Assembly (NCBI GenBank): GCA_964016885.1
Contig: OZ024741.1
Span: 296,112,001-296,176,000 of the forward strand
DNA: 64,000 nucleotides
Source of the DNA: Eledone cirrhosa
Taxonomy: Eukaryota
Direction: 5' to 3'
Position numbers and translations under genes: made by a program. The notes under the pieces were generated by a model. The model was not told where the DNA came from. It made no database searches and saw only the letters and a program-made list of their open reading frames with translations. Shown one piece after another: positions 13,416-27,184 of this stretch (the first letter of the stretch is position 1; each line of letters opens with the position of its first letter).

Positions 13416-15255
13416 GATGCGACGTTGTGTTTACACAATTTCACTTCATAAATATATATTTTTTAATACAACAGTTCTCATTAACAAAAGATGTTATATG
13501 TAATTTATTTTGTCATGAAAGGCGTTCCACTCATGACCAATTCGTCTGTTGTATGTCAAGGACAATATTATAGAGGGTGGTGATCTTAATTTTTTTTTTT
13601 TAAACACGCTATATATGAGGGAATTTTGTTATTTCTACTAAATTAAATGGCCTTAGGGGTGAGAAAACTCTTGTGGGTGAAATTTTGCCCTTATATTTGA
13701 AACTGCCTTTGAAGTATGAAAACCTTTATGAAATGTGGGGAAAACGGCTTAATTCTTATACAATAAAAATTCTCTTTATAAGATGCACCATTTTTAACAA
13801 AATGGCTGCATTATATTATATCAAACAATTCGATAACAGAAACAATAGAGCGCTGAGTTGAATTTGACATCATTTTAATCCATTTAAGTTCTGCGTTCAA
13901 AATGATCGGAACTGACAATGGCTTTACATGGCTAATAAAAATATACACCTTTTATAAGATGGCAGCTTTTAAACAAAATGTCTGATGTCGGTCTCTCTTA
14001 CAACTGTCTGGATGGAAATCTTTTAAATGCTGTATACTTTTCCTTCAAAAGAAGAGTACGTGCGTCTTATACAAGATTACGTTTTATACACTAAAAAATA
14101 CGGTGTTTATGAATTTGAAAAATTAAGATTCGATCATTTTCTCAGCACCCACACGATTCTATGGATGCACTTGGAATTTTCCCCTGGTAACTAGAAACGT
14201 CCCCTCCCCACTACATACATCTGGCGTATGTAGAGGCTCCATCGTGGGTTCGACTTATGGGATCTATCTATTCTGTGGCTCACGAGTATGATGGGGGTGT
14301 GGTAGTAGTAATGAGAATTCGTTCATAACTAATGTTGTGTGTATGTGTATAATGTATGTATGTTTATATCTGCATATATACAGATTAGAAGTAACCGAGA
14401 CTGCATGAATGTGTATATAAATTTCAGTATATAAACACCTAAACATGTCTAATATGTATTTTTTTTTTCAATTTACAGAGAAATACGTATATTTAGCATG
14501 TTTGCATGTCTATACACTGAAAATGTAATTTATATACACGCTTCTATATGATATATACATATTATGTAATACAATTTAAATATTTTATTCCTGTGTGGGT
14601 TGATGTGCGCGCGTGTTCATTTGTGACATTGGTGTTTCGGGTAAGAAAATATTCATATAACCATACCCGCCTACAAAAAAACACTTATAATAATAATAAG
14701 CACGCCATCATTATTGTCTTTATAGCTCTATAGGAATAATGATGATACGATACAAAAAAATGGTGTCTAAAGTACTTAACTGGTACTTTATTTTATTGAC
14801 CTCGGAAGGATGAGAACTCTACCGAGTTGGTCAATCCACCACTCAAGAATAAACAATGGTTTCTGGTTTAGGTACAAGGTCAACAATTTTGGAGAAAGGG
14901 GTAAGTCGATTAAATCGACCCCAGTGCATCACTGGTACTTTATATTATCGAACCTGTAAGGATGAAAGGCAAAGCTAACCTCGGCGGGATTTGAATAATA
15001 AATAATAACGTTCTTTATTTAGCCACTAAGACGCACCTGGTAATTCATGAAAGATTAGAAACTAAGTTTGCAATGATGATGATGATGTCTAACGTATGCA
15101 AGAGCACAGGTCTTCAATATGTAGGATAGTGGAATTGCTCTGCTACGCAGATGTACTGCTTGCTAACTTGAGACGTTATCATTTCATTTCCTCGCGAAAA
15201 GCCACCAGTTTTATTCCACTTCTGAACACACACACACACACACACTCTCTTTCTC

Positions 15256-15295
<40 letters not shown>

Positions 15296-15431
15296 ATCAA
15301 AAGATGGTTAAAAGAGTTCCAAGTATTTTATCCGATATTTGCATTGCTTTATTGTGCTACAATAAAACTCGCCTCCTACATATATATATGTAAAATAAAA
15401 GTCAAATGTTTAAAATTTAGCTTCGTTTATT

Positions 15432-15486
15432 ACTGCTATATATATTTCGGTGACGGCCATCTTTGGTTGTGACCTCTTCAGGCAGT
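15432..15486 (-). ncRNA. Minimal type I hammerhead ribozyme (family 1, left arm)
   Basis: Minus strand: ACTGC-CTGAAGA-stem II-GAAA-TATATA-TA-GCAGT. Confidence 0.75.
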
Positions 15487-15622
15487 TTGAATTAGTGTGG
15501 TATAGACAAGTACATATGTTGTTGAGGTGTATAATTTTGTCAATACTCTATGGCATATCAGAGTATTGACAAAATTATACACCTCATCAACATATGTACT
15601 TGTCTATACCACACTAATTCGG

Positions 15623-15679
15623 ACTGCCTGAAGAGGTCACAGCCAAAGATGGCTGTCACCGAAATATATATATAGCAGT
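15623..15679 (+). ncRNA. Minimal type I hammerhead ribozyme (family 1, right arm; sense to the DUSP intron)
   Basis: Stem I ACTGC/GCAGT; core CTGAAGA 15628-15634; stem II GGTCACAGCCA-AAGA-TGGCTGTCACC; GAAA 15661-15664; palindromic TATATATA stem III; AUA cleavage triplet. Confidence 0.8.
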
Positions 15680-15823
15680 AATAAACGAAGCTAAATTTTA
15701 AACATTTGACTTCTATTTTACTTTATTTTACATTACTCCGGAGTAACCAAACCAACCTGCGCACTTCGTCCAGTGCTCCAGCCTGCATACTGAGGTGTTG
15801 GTATACAACCAACATATGCTCAA

Positions 15824-15859
<36 letters not shown>

Positions 15860-15952
15860 CTCGCTCTCGCTCTCGCTCTCGCTCTCGCTCTCGCTCTCTC
15901 TCTCTCTCTCTCATATAATATATATAATATATTATATTACTCGTATAAACAC

Positions 15953-16033
15953 CTGAAGATAGGTCACAATTTTGATGCCTCTTGTATTCAGGTGGTGTGA
16001 TCAATATTGGGCCTTGAAACCTTAAGTAGCACT
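15953..16033 (+). ncRNA. Hammerhead-like core with long stem II and degenerate stem I
   Basis: CTGAAGA-T-AGGTC ACAATTTTGAT...ATCAATATTG GGCCT-T-GAAA-CCTTAAG-TA. Confidence 0.5.
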
Positions 16034-16536
16034 TTCGTTCCGTGTATGAACATAAATAAATAATATTTCTGCTCTCTTCCTGATTGAGCACTCTTCCTTT
16101 TTCCTTTCCACACCTACTGATATTGCTGTGTGTGTATATATATATATAATGATCGGGATCAGTTGATACCAGTAATAAATTGGTACTTATGGATATGTAA
16201 ATCAATGCAGAAAAAAGTTATTGATTTAGTAGCTCTTCTGTCACAAATAAACAACTCCATCACACAATGGTGGTGGTGGGGAGTTCTATTTATTGGCATA
16301 ACCTATTAGAAACACATTTTGTGGTGGGGGCGGTAATAGATTTTTAAAAACCTTATCTTCCATCTCTACGTCTTCTCTGTGCTTAGAATGGCGTAAGTGG
16401 ATTGGTGGGTAAAGAAAATCTTCTCCAGCGAGACATAAGGAGTAGGAAAGTGGGATGCTGTGGAATTCCTGCATTTCCTTCCCACTGGAAAGGAATAACG
16501 ATGTCGTAGGTGGGTGGTGGAAATACTTTGTATATA

Positions 16537-16603
<67 letters not shown>

Positions 16604-16866
16604 AAACTCAATCGTGTAACAACTACTTTGAGATAGATTTGCTTAGGAAGTAGTAATTTGAACATACCCTTTTGATATACCCCCCCCCCCCACACACACA
16701 CATATAGTATTGACAATACATGTCCACCGTCTAGACTGTATCAACAGCAGCTATCTATCTGTCAATCTTTGGACAATGAAAACATCGTCTATCGATTTAT
16801 CTGTCTGTCTATATCTCTCTGTCCTGTCTGTTTAGGTCACTGTTTGTGTCCATCATTATCTCTCTC

Positions 16867-16926
<60 letters not shown>

Positions 16927-17091
16927 CGCGATTCACTTGTCCCAATAGCTTATTTTAGTTATTGCTCGCTCCAACCTGAGGTATCTGATTTTTAATGCGA
17001 TGAAATACCAATGATGGTTGGCAAATCACTGATGAGGGACTAATTTTATAATATGTAATCCATGTGCAACCACGCAGTATTCCTCTTCTCT

Positions 17092-17142
<51 letters not shown>

Positions 17143-17798
17143 CATAATTTCTCTATTTTCATTTATATATATATAATAATCTATTATCGCCACCACCACA
17201 AAAATATTTATTTCATATATATATATATTTATTCAAGGTCGATAAATAGTACCAGTTTAGTATTTGGGTTGATTCTTCCTCTATATCTCTTTCTCACTTA
17301 CATTCTCTCACTATCTTTCTCTAGGAGAAATGTGATGTATTCAGACCTAGATGGACTCCACCAGGTTTTAAAATGCCTTAGAAACACCGTGTCAATAAGG
17401 GCGTCCCCCACAAACCCCTAAGGAATTACGGGACTATATATACACACACATAGACACGTATTTATATTCACCTATCTGGTTATATTTACGAATGTATGAA
17501 TGAAACAGTCCTATAGAAGTCATTTCTATAATAAAATAAAGATGCCTATACTCTACCAACGTATTGAGTACCTTATTAAACTAGTCATTTCTTGATCCCC
17601 ATCGGCGATATAATGTAATCAATATTTAATTCTAACCACAAAAGTCAACCCTTAATACCGTGTGGTGTTGTATGGAAGAGCAATCGACTTCATTTCTTTC
17701 GCTCCTACACTCTAGACGTCTCTCCGCCTCCCATTCTCCTTTGTTAATTAATGCTACAGTGTACAAGGTTAATTGAGAATAAATTTAAGAGATAGATT

Positions 17799-17849
<51 letters not shown>

Positions 17850-17899
17850 GTATATGGGTGTGTATTTATATATATATATATATATTGTTTGTGTGTATT

Positions 17900-17947
<48 letters not shown>

Positions 17948-18081
17948 GTGTGTGTAATGGATATATTTACATGGTGGCGTATTTAAAAAAGAATGCTGCG
18001 TTTGACTTTTTAAAGAAAATATGATTTTTCTGCTTAGCTTATTTAATCTACCTATCTCTCTCTACCTAACTGCATATCGAC

Positions 18082-18142
<61 letters not shown>

Positions 18143-18517
18143 TGAAACGAAGTCATCGAATGATTTAAGCCAGTATCATTGAGATACCAACCAAAGGAAA
18201 ACAAGAGTACACTAATACGTTAAATAATGAGAAAAATGATTTTGTGTGGGTAGATTTGATTTTCTTTCCCAGACTAATACATTAGTTTCTACTGACGACA
18301 GTCCATATGGAACTGACGTGCACAGAAATTAGGTAATGCTGTTAAGCATTACGTAATTGGCTAAGAGCAGCTTCATCAGCGAGGAATTAGCCTTCTGGAA
18401 AGTGTCAGCTGCGAAACTACTGCCTTGGTGTAAATTCGCCATTACAGTAGTAAACTCAACTTTACCCCGCTTCACTGTTACGTGACACTTAAACTAGTTC
18501 TGCCTATTCTCAGAACC

Positions 18518-18550
<33 letters not shown>

Positions 18551-20564
18551 CAAAATGAAAAAAGAAAAAATGAAAAGGGGCCACAAAGCACTCATATTTG
18601 TCTGGAATTAGCTGTTGAAACGGTGAGAGCTCACCCGTCAGGCCCCGATCATTTCTAATATAGTCACACTCTATATCTCGAGTATCAAGTATTCTGTTGA
18701 ATAATGGTCTTACTAGTTTAATACTGATTGCGTGCGTGTGTGTGTGTGTCCTACAATATACAATGACTAGTTGTCTGTGAATGTCTGACTGAATGAATCT
18801 CATATTCAAATTTCAATTGTCAGTGACTGTTCCAACACACGCCGCCCACATACACACTTGATATAAGTTATCTTTGGCCTGTGCTACAAAGGCCTCGCTC
18901 CCATTTCACTGATAGAGATTGCTGACTGAAGAGAATGTGTATGAGAGAGACGGAGATACTTACTACCCCCAATCAGACTCAATTGGTGTTGAAAGTGCCA
19001 TCTCCCAGTTTCCTTGCGCTTAGAAACACTGAAATGGTGGTGTACATTATGACTGTTAACATGTTATATAGTACAAATAATTGGGAAAATAACTGAGATC
19101 TACACTAATTTATGTTAGGGTTTGTGTCTTCACGAAGGACTGCAAACACTTTGTTTCTTGTGAGCAAAGAGCAAGCCATTAGTACGTAGTTTGGTTTGGT
19201 GAATGCTTTTGACAGTATATCACTCAACAACGTTTCTCAAAGACCCAGGTCACGTTCCTCTACTTGCAATCCCAGGTTTCCTCAATCTCTCTCTCCCATT
19301 TTGTATTGGCATCTAGTAATTTTGCACCCGAGCACCATATTAACATGAACAAGATGAGTTTACATTCACAAACAGGATTAAGTTTGAAGCAGCAGTTTTT
19401 TGTAATCACCCTTATAGCTGAATATATTGATATTTCATTTGATAAATAAACAATAGTTGGGAATATTCGAATTTCATTTAATATATAAGATGTTTAAAAC
19501 AAAAAATTTGATCTCATTTGAGATGTAAATAATCCAGAAACTGTAAATTCTAGGACAACGAGACTGAAAAAGCTTAGTTGAGCAACATTAAGATTTATTC
19601 CTCGAAATCTAAATGAGAAATTCAAAGGTATGTGTCCTAGATTTTGTAGTTTCTAGGATATTTACATATCAAATTATACCAATTTTTTAAAACACTATAT
19701 ACAATGTACACAATTCTTTCCCTGTTTGGATTCTCTCGTGACTAAAATTATTCCTAATTCATGCCTTGGCTAAAATGTTCTCCCTGCGAGTTAAGTGTCG
19801 GTGTAGTTGAATAATAAGTTAACAGTTAGAGCACCCATCACATTTATTCTTTCAAATGATCAGAGCGTTCCTTGGTTGATATCTTCTGTTAACTCTTGGG
19901 TGGAATAAGTTCAAAGAAGTATTACCTTATCTGGCAACAAAAAGACCCCCCCACCCCACCCCACCCCTCTCTCTCTCTCTCTCAAGGGTAGATTGTATGA
20001 TGGTGTTTTATAATTAGGCGGGAAGGGATTAAAAGTTAATAGCAAAAAGTAGTAAAAACAGACATTTCAAACAAAATTCAGCATGCCGACGAAACTTCGA
20101 AGTCAGTCAAATTGCATTTCGTTTGAAAATGTTATATAAAATGATTGATATGTGTGTATATTCGCGCGCGCACACACGCACACGCTCATTCATTCACGCA
20201 CGCACGCGCGCAACACGCCAAGCTTGGCATGAGAAACCTGTCGTAGCGGAAGTTGTAATCTAATGTATCGGTTTTACCGGAAGTAACGTAATCTCTTCCA
20301 ACCCACACACGGGTCTGTCTAGTTATGTAATATTACTTCATCTTTTGTGTTTTTTCTTAATCTGTGCGTGCTCGAGCGCTAAGTGATTGCTTTACCCCAT
20401 ATAACCTTACACACACTTACACATACATACGCTCTATTAACTTTAAGTGGTTGTGTGTATAGATTAAATCTCAGCTAAGCTATTTGAGTATTCAGTCTCC
20501 CAACGGATATATATTTGTTTTATTTGTGTGTGTGTAAACCTACATAAACATTTACACACATACG

Positions 20565-20607
<43 letters not shown>

Positions 20608-21156
20608 GACGTTTTCCATTCTCACCACCCACTATATTTATTTAATATACACAAACTCCTCTCTGTGTGGGTGTTTTACGTGTAGTTCTGGTGTTTAACT
20701 CCCCTTTCCTTCTCTTCAACACCATTCATAAAGAAACAATACAATTGTGAATGACTCGTTTGTGACATTTATTATATTATAGCTATATCCGATAGAGGGC
20801 GTACGTAATCTCTACTTAATAATTAGTACCCTTCTCAGTGGCTGTTAGACTGCTTGAATGAGTGTGTACGTGTGTATTAGATGAATGTTAAGTTAGAAAG
20901 GTGTTTGTGTACGTATGTATTATAAGCATGTTAACTTATAGAGTAGTGTGTTTGTGTATTATGAGTGTTAAGTCATAGAAAACTCGGTGTATGTGTGTGT
21001 ATTATATGAATGTTGAGTTATAGAAAGCTCTGCATGTGTGTGTGTATTATAAGAATCTCTGGGTGTATGTTTGTATCTCTCTCATAAAAGCCAGAAGCAA
21101 TATAGTTCAGTGGTTTGAGAAAGTTGAAGGCAGGTTGTTAGTAACAGAACGTCTAA

Positions 21157-21353
21157 CCCTTTAGAATTTACATTACTCTATATATACTATTGTATTTTCG
21201 TAAAGGTTTTATCTTACATAATTATCTCACAAAATATTGAATCTATGAGATTTTGATGTAATTAACAATACCTTAACATCAATAAGCAGCCAGTTATGGC
21301 TGGTTTGAACAGAAAGAGATAAGAACATTCTGGCCGGTTTAAATGCTAAAGGG
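21157..21353. mobile_element. piggyBac-like MITE (degenerate)
   Basis: TIRs CCCTTTAGAATTTA / TAAATGCTAAAGGG are flanked on both sides by CTAA (TTAA-like). A related right end lies at about 26105-26190. Confidence 0.5.
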
Positions 21354-21630
21354 CTAAGGTACTAAGTTAATTCGGCTTGAAACGTGTGTGGGTATAAAAA
21401 AATGGATTTTACAGCCCACACTTATGTAGGTTTAGCTAGTTTTATACAAAGTTGTATCTCATATTTGTTGGCTGTTTTAATGACAGGGGCTGTCATATTG
21501 TGAAAGAAAAAAACGCGCTTTTGCCCAGGAATACAACGTACCGCTGCTGCGGGGATTTAGCCCGTCTTATTGACAGTACAACATACACCTTAAACACTAG
21601 ATCTGGTGTGTGTATGTATGTATATGTATG

Positions 21631-21687
<57 letters not shown>

Positions 21688-21799
21688 CGGACTTTTTTAG
21701 TATTTTGGTATATGTAGAAACTAAAGCTAGAAATTGATCCGTAACAAAAATAAGCTGCTGTTTGATATTGACCTGTCTGGATGAATCACTCTACTTTAG

Positions 21800-22130
21800 T
21801 TGTATGTAGAGAAGTTAAGAGCCAAAACACTTGCTTGGAGAAGAAGGTTTCTGCTCTGAAGATCTGCTATCCAGCTCTTCTGAGAGTTTCTTACCAATGT
21901 CTGTTTTTTTTTTTTCCGATTTTCCAATCCTCCCTCGCGTCTATTATTTGAGACCCTAGAGTATGTTGGTCTAACTTCTCAATATCACAAGGATTCAGAG
22001 ATTTACAACTTCACTTCTGGTTTCTATAGTATTGGCCAGATGAGCAAAATATTTCTGTGACGTTTAATTTCAAAGTCCTCCATAATATTTTTCGTATTTT
22101 CAACGTCTAGCATTCGTTATATTCAGTGAT
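21800..22130 (-). mobile_element. Decayed RTE-like LINE 3' fragment
   Basis: Minus translation with stops resembles the RTE C-terminus (HL...R...ILY....RGR...RW.E.LR). Confidence 0.35.
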
Positions 22131-22134
22131 CAAG

Positions 22135-22360
22135 GCAGTATAGATTGGCAAAATCGATAGAGCGTCGGTCAAATGTCTTGCGGCATTTAGTAATGGTCAC
22201 TTAAGGTTCTGGATTGAAATCCCAACGAGGTCAATGTGGCCTTTTACCCTTCCGGTGTCGATAAAATAAAGTACTAGTTAAGTTCTGGGATCGATTTAGT
22301 AGACCCTAACCCTTCTCCAAAATTAAGGTCCCTCGTACCTGAATTAGAAAGAAACCATTA
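22135..22360 (+). mobile_element. Diverged Deu/Nin-like SINE copy
   Basis: GGCAGTATAGATTGGCAAAATCG...GCCTTTTACCCTTCCGGTGTCGATAAAATAAAGTAC. Confidence 0.65.
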
Positions 22361-22674
22361 TTTACACGCAATAAAGTGTAGTTAAAATTGCTATTGCTCT
22401 TAAATGGATTCTAGTTTTTATTTTAGTCTATTTGTTATTCCAAAGAGGGTCTAATTCTAAGCTTTGTGTAACTGTTGTAATCCAACATTTGGGTTTCTTG
22501 AAGTAAACTTTAAGGGAAGTGGTTGGGAATCATGTCAGATGGTTTGTGTCTGTAATTCCAGTCTCTGGGGGAAATTACGTTAAACTTATACGTGTCTGGA
22601 ATACGCTTGCTCGCGTTAATTCAATGCAAGCAACTCAATATGCATCGCTGAAAACGACGAAGATCTCTTTCCCT

Positions 22675-22717
<43 letters not shown>

Positions 22718-22720
<3 letters not shown>

Positions 22721-22876
22721 GTTTCTACTTTTGGCACAAGGCCAGCAAATACCCAGTACAGTACAGGTACTTTATTTTATCGACCCCGTAAGGATGAAAG
22801 GTAAAGTTAACCTCGACGGGATTTGATTGCCTTTCATCCTTACGGGGTCGATAAAATAAAGTACCAGTAATGCACT

Positions 22877-22880
<4 letters not shown>
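22718..22880. mobile_element. Head-to-head palindromic SINE 3' halves between (TA)n tracts
   Basis: 22765-22803 (GGTACTTTATTTTATCGACCCCGTAAGGATGAAAGG) is the reverse complement of 22830-22866. Confidence 0.8.
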
Positions 22881-22924
<44 letters not shown>

Positions 22925-23119
22925 TCTACTTTTGGCACAAGGCCAGCAATTATCCCAGTTCATCGTGTGCATTATATATATATATATATATATAATGCAC
23001 ACGATGAACTGCCATGCTATTAATGATTTGGAGAGATATTTGAGCTGGCTGGCTGGCTGCCTAACTCCCTTCCCCCAACCCTCCCTATTTCATCTGCTTT
23101 TCCCTTTGCCTGGTCGCCT

Positions 23120-23348
<229 letters not shown>

Positions 23349-24614
23349 CATATTCCGTTTCCTCCTTTCTCTATCTGCCTCTCTAACTCTTCTCTCTCCT
23401 CTTCTCTCCACTTCATTGAGAAAGAAAATAGAACAGATGGAATTTATCTGGGGAAACTCCTGTCTTATAGAAAGGAGTAGGTGGTAGTGGCGGTACATGT
23501 TGATTGTAGGGTGGCGGTGGTAGCAGTACATGGTGGTTATGACGGTGACGGTGGTAGTAGTACATGTTGGTTGTAGTAGGTGGTAGCGTTGATGGTGGTG
23601 GTAGCAATACATGTTGGTTTGTAGTAGGTGTAGTAGCGATAGCAGAAGGTGGTGTGGTGTCGGAGGTGGCAGTAGGAAGCCTGGTGATTCCGGCTGCTGA
23701 ATTATTTCATATAAGCTAGCTTTTTGTTGTTGCTGCCGCCTGTGTGTGTATGTATGTATGTATGTATGTATCTGTTTGTGTGTCTGGTATCTGTATTATA
23801 GTGTATGTGAACGTTTGTATATAGTTTTATCACGACCCTACTACCATCAACACCACCACCGCTACTACTACTACTACTATGAACACATTACTACAACTAC
23901 CACTAATACCACCACAGCTACTATTATTACCACCAGCTCCACCGCTACTGCTACTACTACTACTACCACCATCACCAGCACCACCACTATTACTATCCAT
24001 CACTAACACTACCATCACCACCACCAACCCATTCATCAGCGTGCATTCCTCACATTTTCGAATGTCACGCTTTGCTCTAACGATCTGGTGTGTGTGTGTG
24101 TGTGTTGTGTGTTTGTGTGTGTGTGTGTGTGTACACGCGCGTTTCTCGTTATGTGTGTCAGTCGGTGTATGTAGTAAACTGTGAGTGTGTTTATATAAGT
24201 CAACGCGTTTATGTAGCTAGCTAGCTGTTTTGCAGGTGTGTGTTTATGTATAATAACATACACGCGTCAGTGTATTCATTTCGTAATGTATGTTCAAGAC
24301 CTGATTTATTAAAAATGTTGTTTAGTCCCCAAGACATTCTGACTTTGCATATCTATGATCAAAGATATTCCAACCATGGCCATCCTGTTTTTTGTTAGAT
24401 TACAATGTATTATTTGAAGACAGTAAGGTGTGATTTAATGGAGATTTTGTTGCTATTTCTATCACGTTTTTTTTCCTGGTGATGGTCTTTGTTTAGTCAC
24501 AAGTCAACACTGACGTGTTGAGCTATGGGCAAAGGCGTTCCAATTGTGACCATCCTGTTTTAGACATTTGAGGGGATTTGGCTGCTATTTCTAGCTTCGA
24601 GTGACTACCACTAA

Positions 24615-24646
<32 letters not shown>

Positions 24647-24925
24647 ACGGTAGTTGTAGCAACAACAGTATTAGTCACGGTGTTGGCGGTAGTAATTTTA
24701 AGGTTAACTTGGTAAAGGTGGTGGTGGTGGTGGTAAAACTGTTGTGATGGTTTTGCACTTAAGGTGGCGACGGTGTTTTACCCACGTGACGGCCATGTCT
24801 TCCTTCACTACCATATATGGCAGTTATAGAACACCTCCCCACCCTCCACTCGTGTCAGTCGTGATTATATCTCCGGTGTGTCTGTACTTTGAGTGTGGAT
24901 CTATGGAGGAGTTTTCCCAGCACCG

Positions 24926-24956
<31 letters not shown>

Positions 24957-25155
24957 TGTATGTTTTGCTTCGTGCTAACTGCACATATTGTATGCATACA
25001 TCTTGCAATCAAGTGTGCAAACACATGCACAAGGTTTTTTTTTTTTTTTGCTATATAGCATAGTGCATGTCTGGCAATGCAATCTATTTAGACATGCATT
25101 TCACAGTTAAGTCTGCACGTGCATCTAGCTATGTTTTGTACATACACACCACGTA

Positions 25156-25212
<57 letters not shown>

Positions 25213-25559
25213 TGAGTGCTCCTACCTACTTTCACAAACATGTATACCCATAACATAGATCTCGGAGATTCAGCAAGACACAATGTGTGACAAGGCTGGC
25301 CCTTTTAATTACAGGTACAACTCAGTTTTGCCAGCTGAATAGACTGGATCAAGAACATAATGTCCTGCCTGGTTCAGAAATCATATAAGGCGAATTGATG
25401 GAACTGTTATAACATTGGATAGAATGTTGTAATATTTATTCCATTTCTTTTACACTGAGTTCAATTCTCATCAAGATGACTCCAATATTTAGTATGCCAT
25501 TTTTTTTCTTTCTTCATGTGTGTTGTTGTCATTAAATATTCTCTTTTTCTGTTTTATAG

Positions 25560-25657
25560 GAGGTTATGCAACATTCAAAACTATCTTTCCACGGTTGTGT
25601 ATAGCGGAACGTGTTTTACTGGACAGTTACCTTGATAAACCATCCACCAGCTATTTG
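25560..25657 (+). CDS. DUSP1: MAP kinase phosphatase coding exon 2
   Basis: Polypyrimidine tract and TAG acceptor at 25557-25559. Peptide (G)GYATFKTIFPRLC (conserved GG-F/Y..F...P.LC). Donor TTG|GTAGGG. Phases 1 to 0 are consistent with exons 1 and 3. Confidence 0.88.
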
Positions 25658-25690
25658 GTAGGGACCAACACCTTTATTACAATCAGCACC

Positions 25691-25723
<33 letters not shown>

Positions 25724-25919
25724 AATCCTCATCTATGTTAACACTACATATGTATGTAAAGTGTAGTTGGTGAACAAAGACATTAGTTAGACTTGTTGAG
25801 GGCATGGCAACCTATGATAAAATTCACCTAGTACATTCTCTAAAAGTGTTGGTGTTAGGAAAGGCATCCAAATGTAGAAACCGTGCCAAAAATCGAACAT
25901 AGGGATAAGACATGATATT

Positions 25920-26097
25920 ATTGGCAGTATCGGTAGAGTCGGACATGCTTTCCAGCATAGTTACGTCCCTTTACGTTCCGAGTTCAAATCCTGCTGAGGT
26001 TCATTTTGCCTTTCATCCTTACGGGGTCGATAAAATAAAGTACCAGTAATGTACTGGGTAATTGCTGGCCATGTGCCAAAAGTAGAAACAATTATTT
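25920..26097 (+). mobile_element. Deu/Nin-like tRNA SINE
   Basis: TTGGCAGTATCGGTAGAG...GAGTTCAAATCC...GCCTTTCATCCTTACGGGGTCGATAAAATAAAGTACC...AGTAGAAACAATTATT. Confidence 0.8.
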
Positions 26098-26596
26098 ATT
26101 TTGACAACAATACCTTAACATTAGTATGAATGGTCAGTTTGAACAGAAAGAGGTGAGAGAATTATGGCCAGTTTAAATGCTAAAGGGCTAATTTATTTGC
26201 CTTATTGTTGCACAAACAAGCATAATAGTCCTCTTGTTTTAACAACCCCAAAATTGAGTTGATAGTACCTGAGGCAACATTTTCCATTGCCATACTTCTT
26301 TCTAAGTTAACACACTGCCAAGCATATTTGATTAATTCTGAAAATTATCATGGATTTGTAGATTTAGTGACATAACTTTAGAACATAACATAAAAGTATG
26401 ATGAAAGGTTTTTAGATGAATATAAAACAAATAAATTAGGATCTTAGAACTAGGAACAGTTTTCATTTTTCAATATCAATAGGGTTAATATGGCATGAAA
26501 CCTTTGTAATGAATTTATTTTAATTTTATAAAGATATTTTTATATAATATTGAGTTCATTCATTATAATTTCTTTCTCTCTTTATCTTTCATTCAG

Positions 26597-26816
26597 GTCC
26601 ATCCTGTAGAAATTCTTTCACATGTGTTTCTTGGTGATCATTGCCATGCCCGAAATATGGATCTACTGAAGAAGCTGGGGATGACTGCTGTCATCAACGT
26701 GTCCAGTTCTTGTAACAACTATTTCCCTAATGACTTCCGTTATCTGACCATTCCAGTTGAAGACTCTCAGTATGCAGATTTGTCATCCTGGTTCCAGCAA
26801 GCCATCACATTTATTG
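26597..26816 (+). CDS. DUSP1: MAP kinase phosphatase coding exon 3 (DSP catalytic domain, N-half)
   Basis: CAG acceptor at 26594-26596. Peptide VHPVEILSHVFLGD...GMTAVINVS...IPVEDSQYADLSSWFQQAITFI. Donor G|GTATGT (phase 1). Confidence 0.93.
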
Positions 26817-27184
26817 GTATGTATATTGCTGTTCTCTTTGTTTGTGTGTGTTGGATTCCAATCTGATGGTTGCAGTTGTCTACAAGTTTAAAAGAAGTCA
26901 ATGTTTAAAAAAGTACAATATAAAGTGGCGTGTAAATTTATAGACTTCATTAGAGAAGTATTAAGATGGTGCAGGTTTTCTCTCATTAACTATATATATA
27001 TATGAATGCAATGGAAGAAGTGTGTGTGTATCCCAATAAGCCATCACATTTATGTTTGCTTGTGTATACATTTTAGTGTATACATTTTAGTGTATACATT
27101 TGTGTATACATTTTAGCTGTTATATAACGTTAACAGAAAAAACGTCATTACATTTTCCTCTTTTTCTTTTTTGTTTCTCTTCAG

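Larger units (their letters stand above)
15388..15827. mobile_element. Palindromic non-autonomous hammerhead-bearing (PLE-type) element, family 1
   Basis: Arms 15388-15549 and 15560-~15735 are reverse complements with a 10-nt spacer. Flanked by (TA)n and (TC)n. Second copy at 61615-62030. Confidence 0.85.

Noticed and set aside
18290-18425. CTGACGA and minus-strand CTGATGA motifs
   Set aside because: No correctly placed GAAA and NUH on the same strand.
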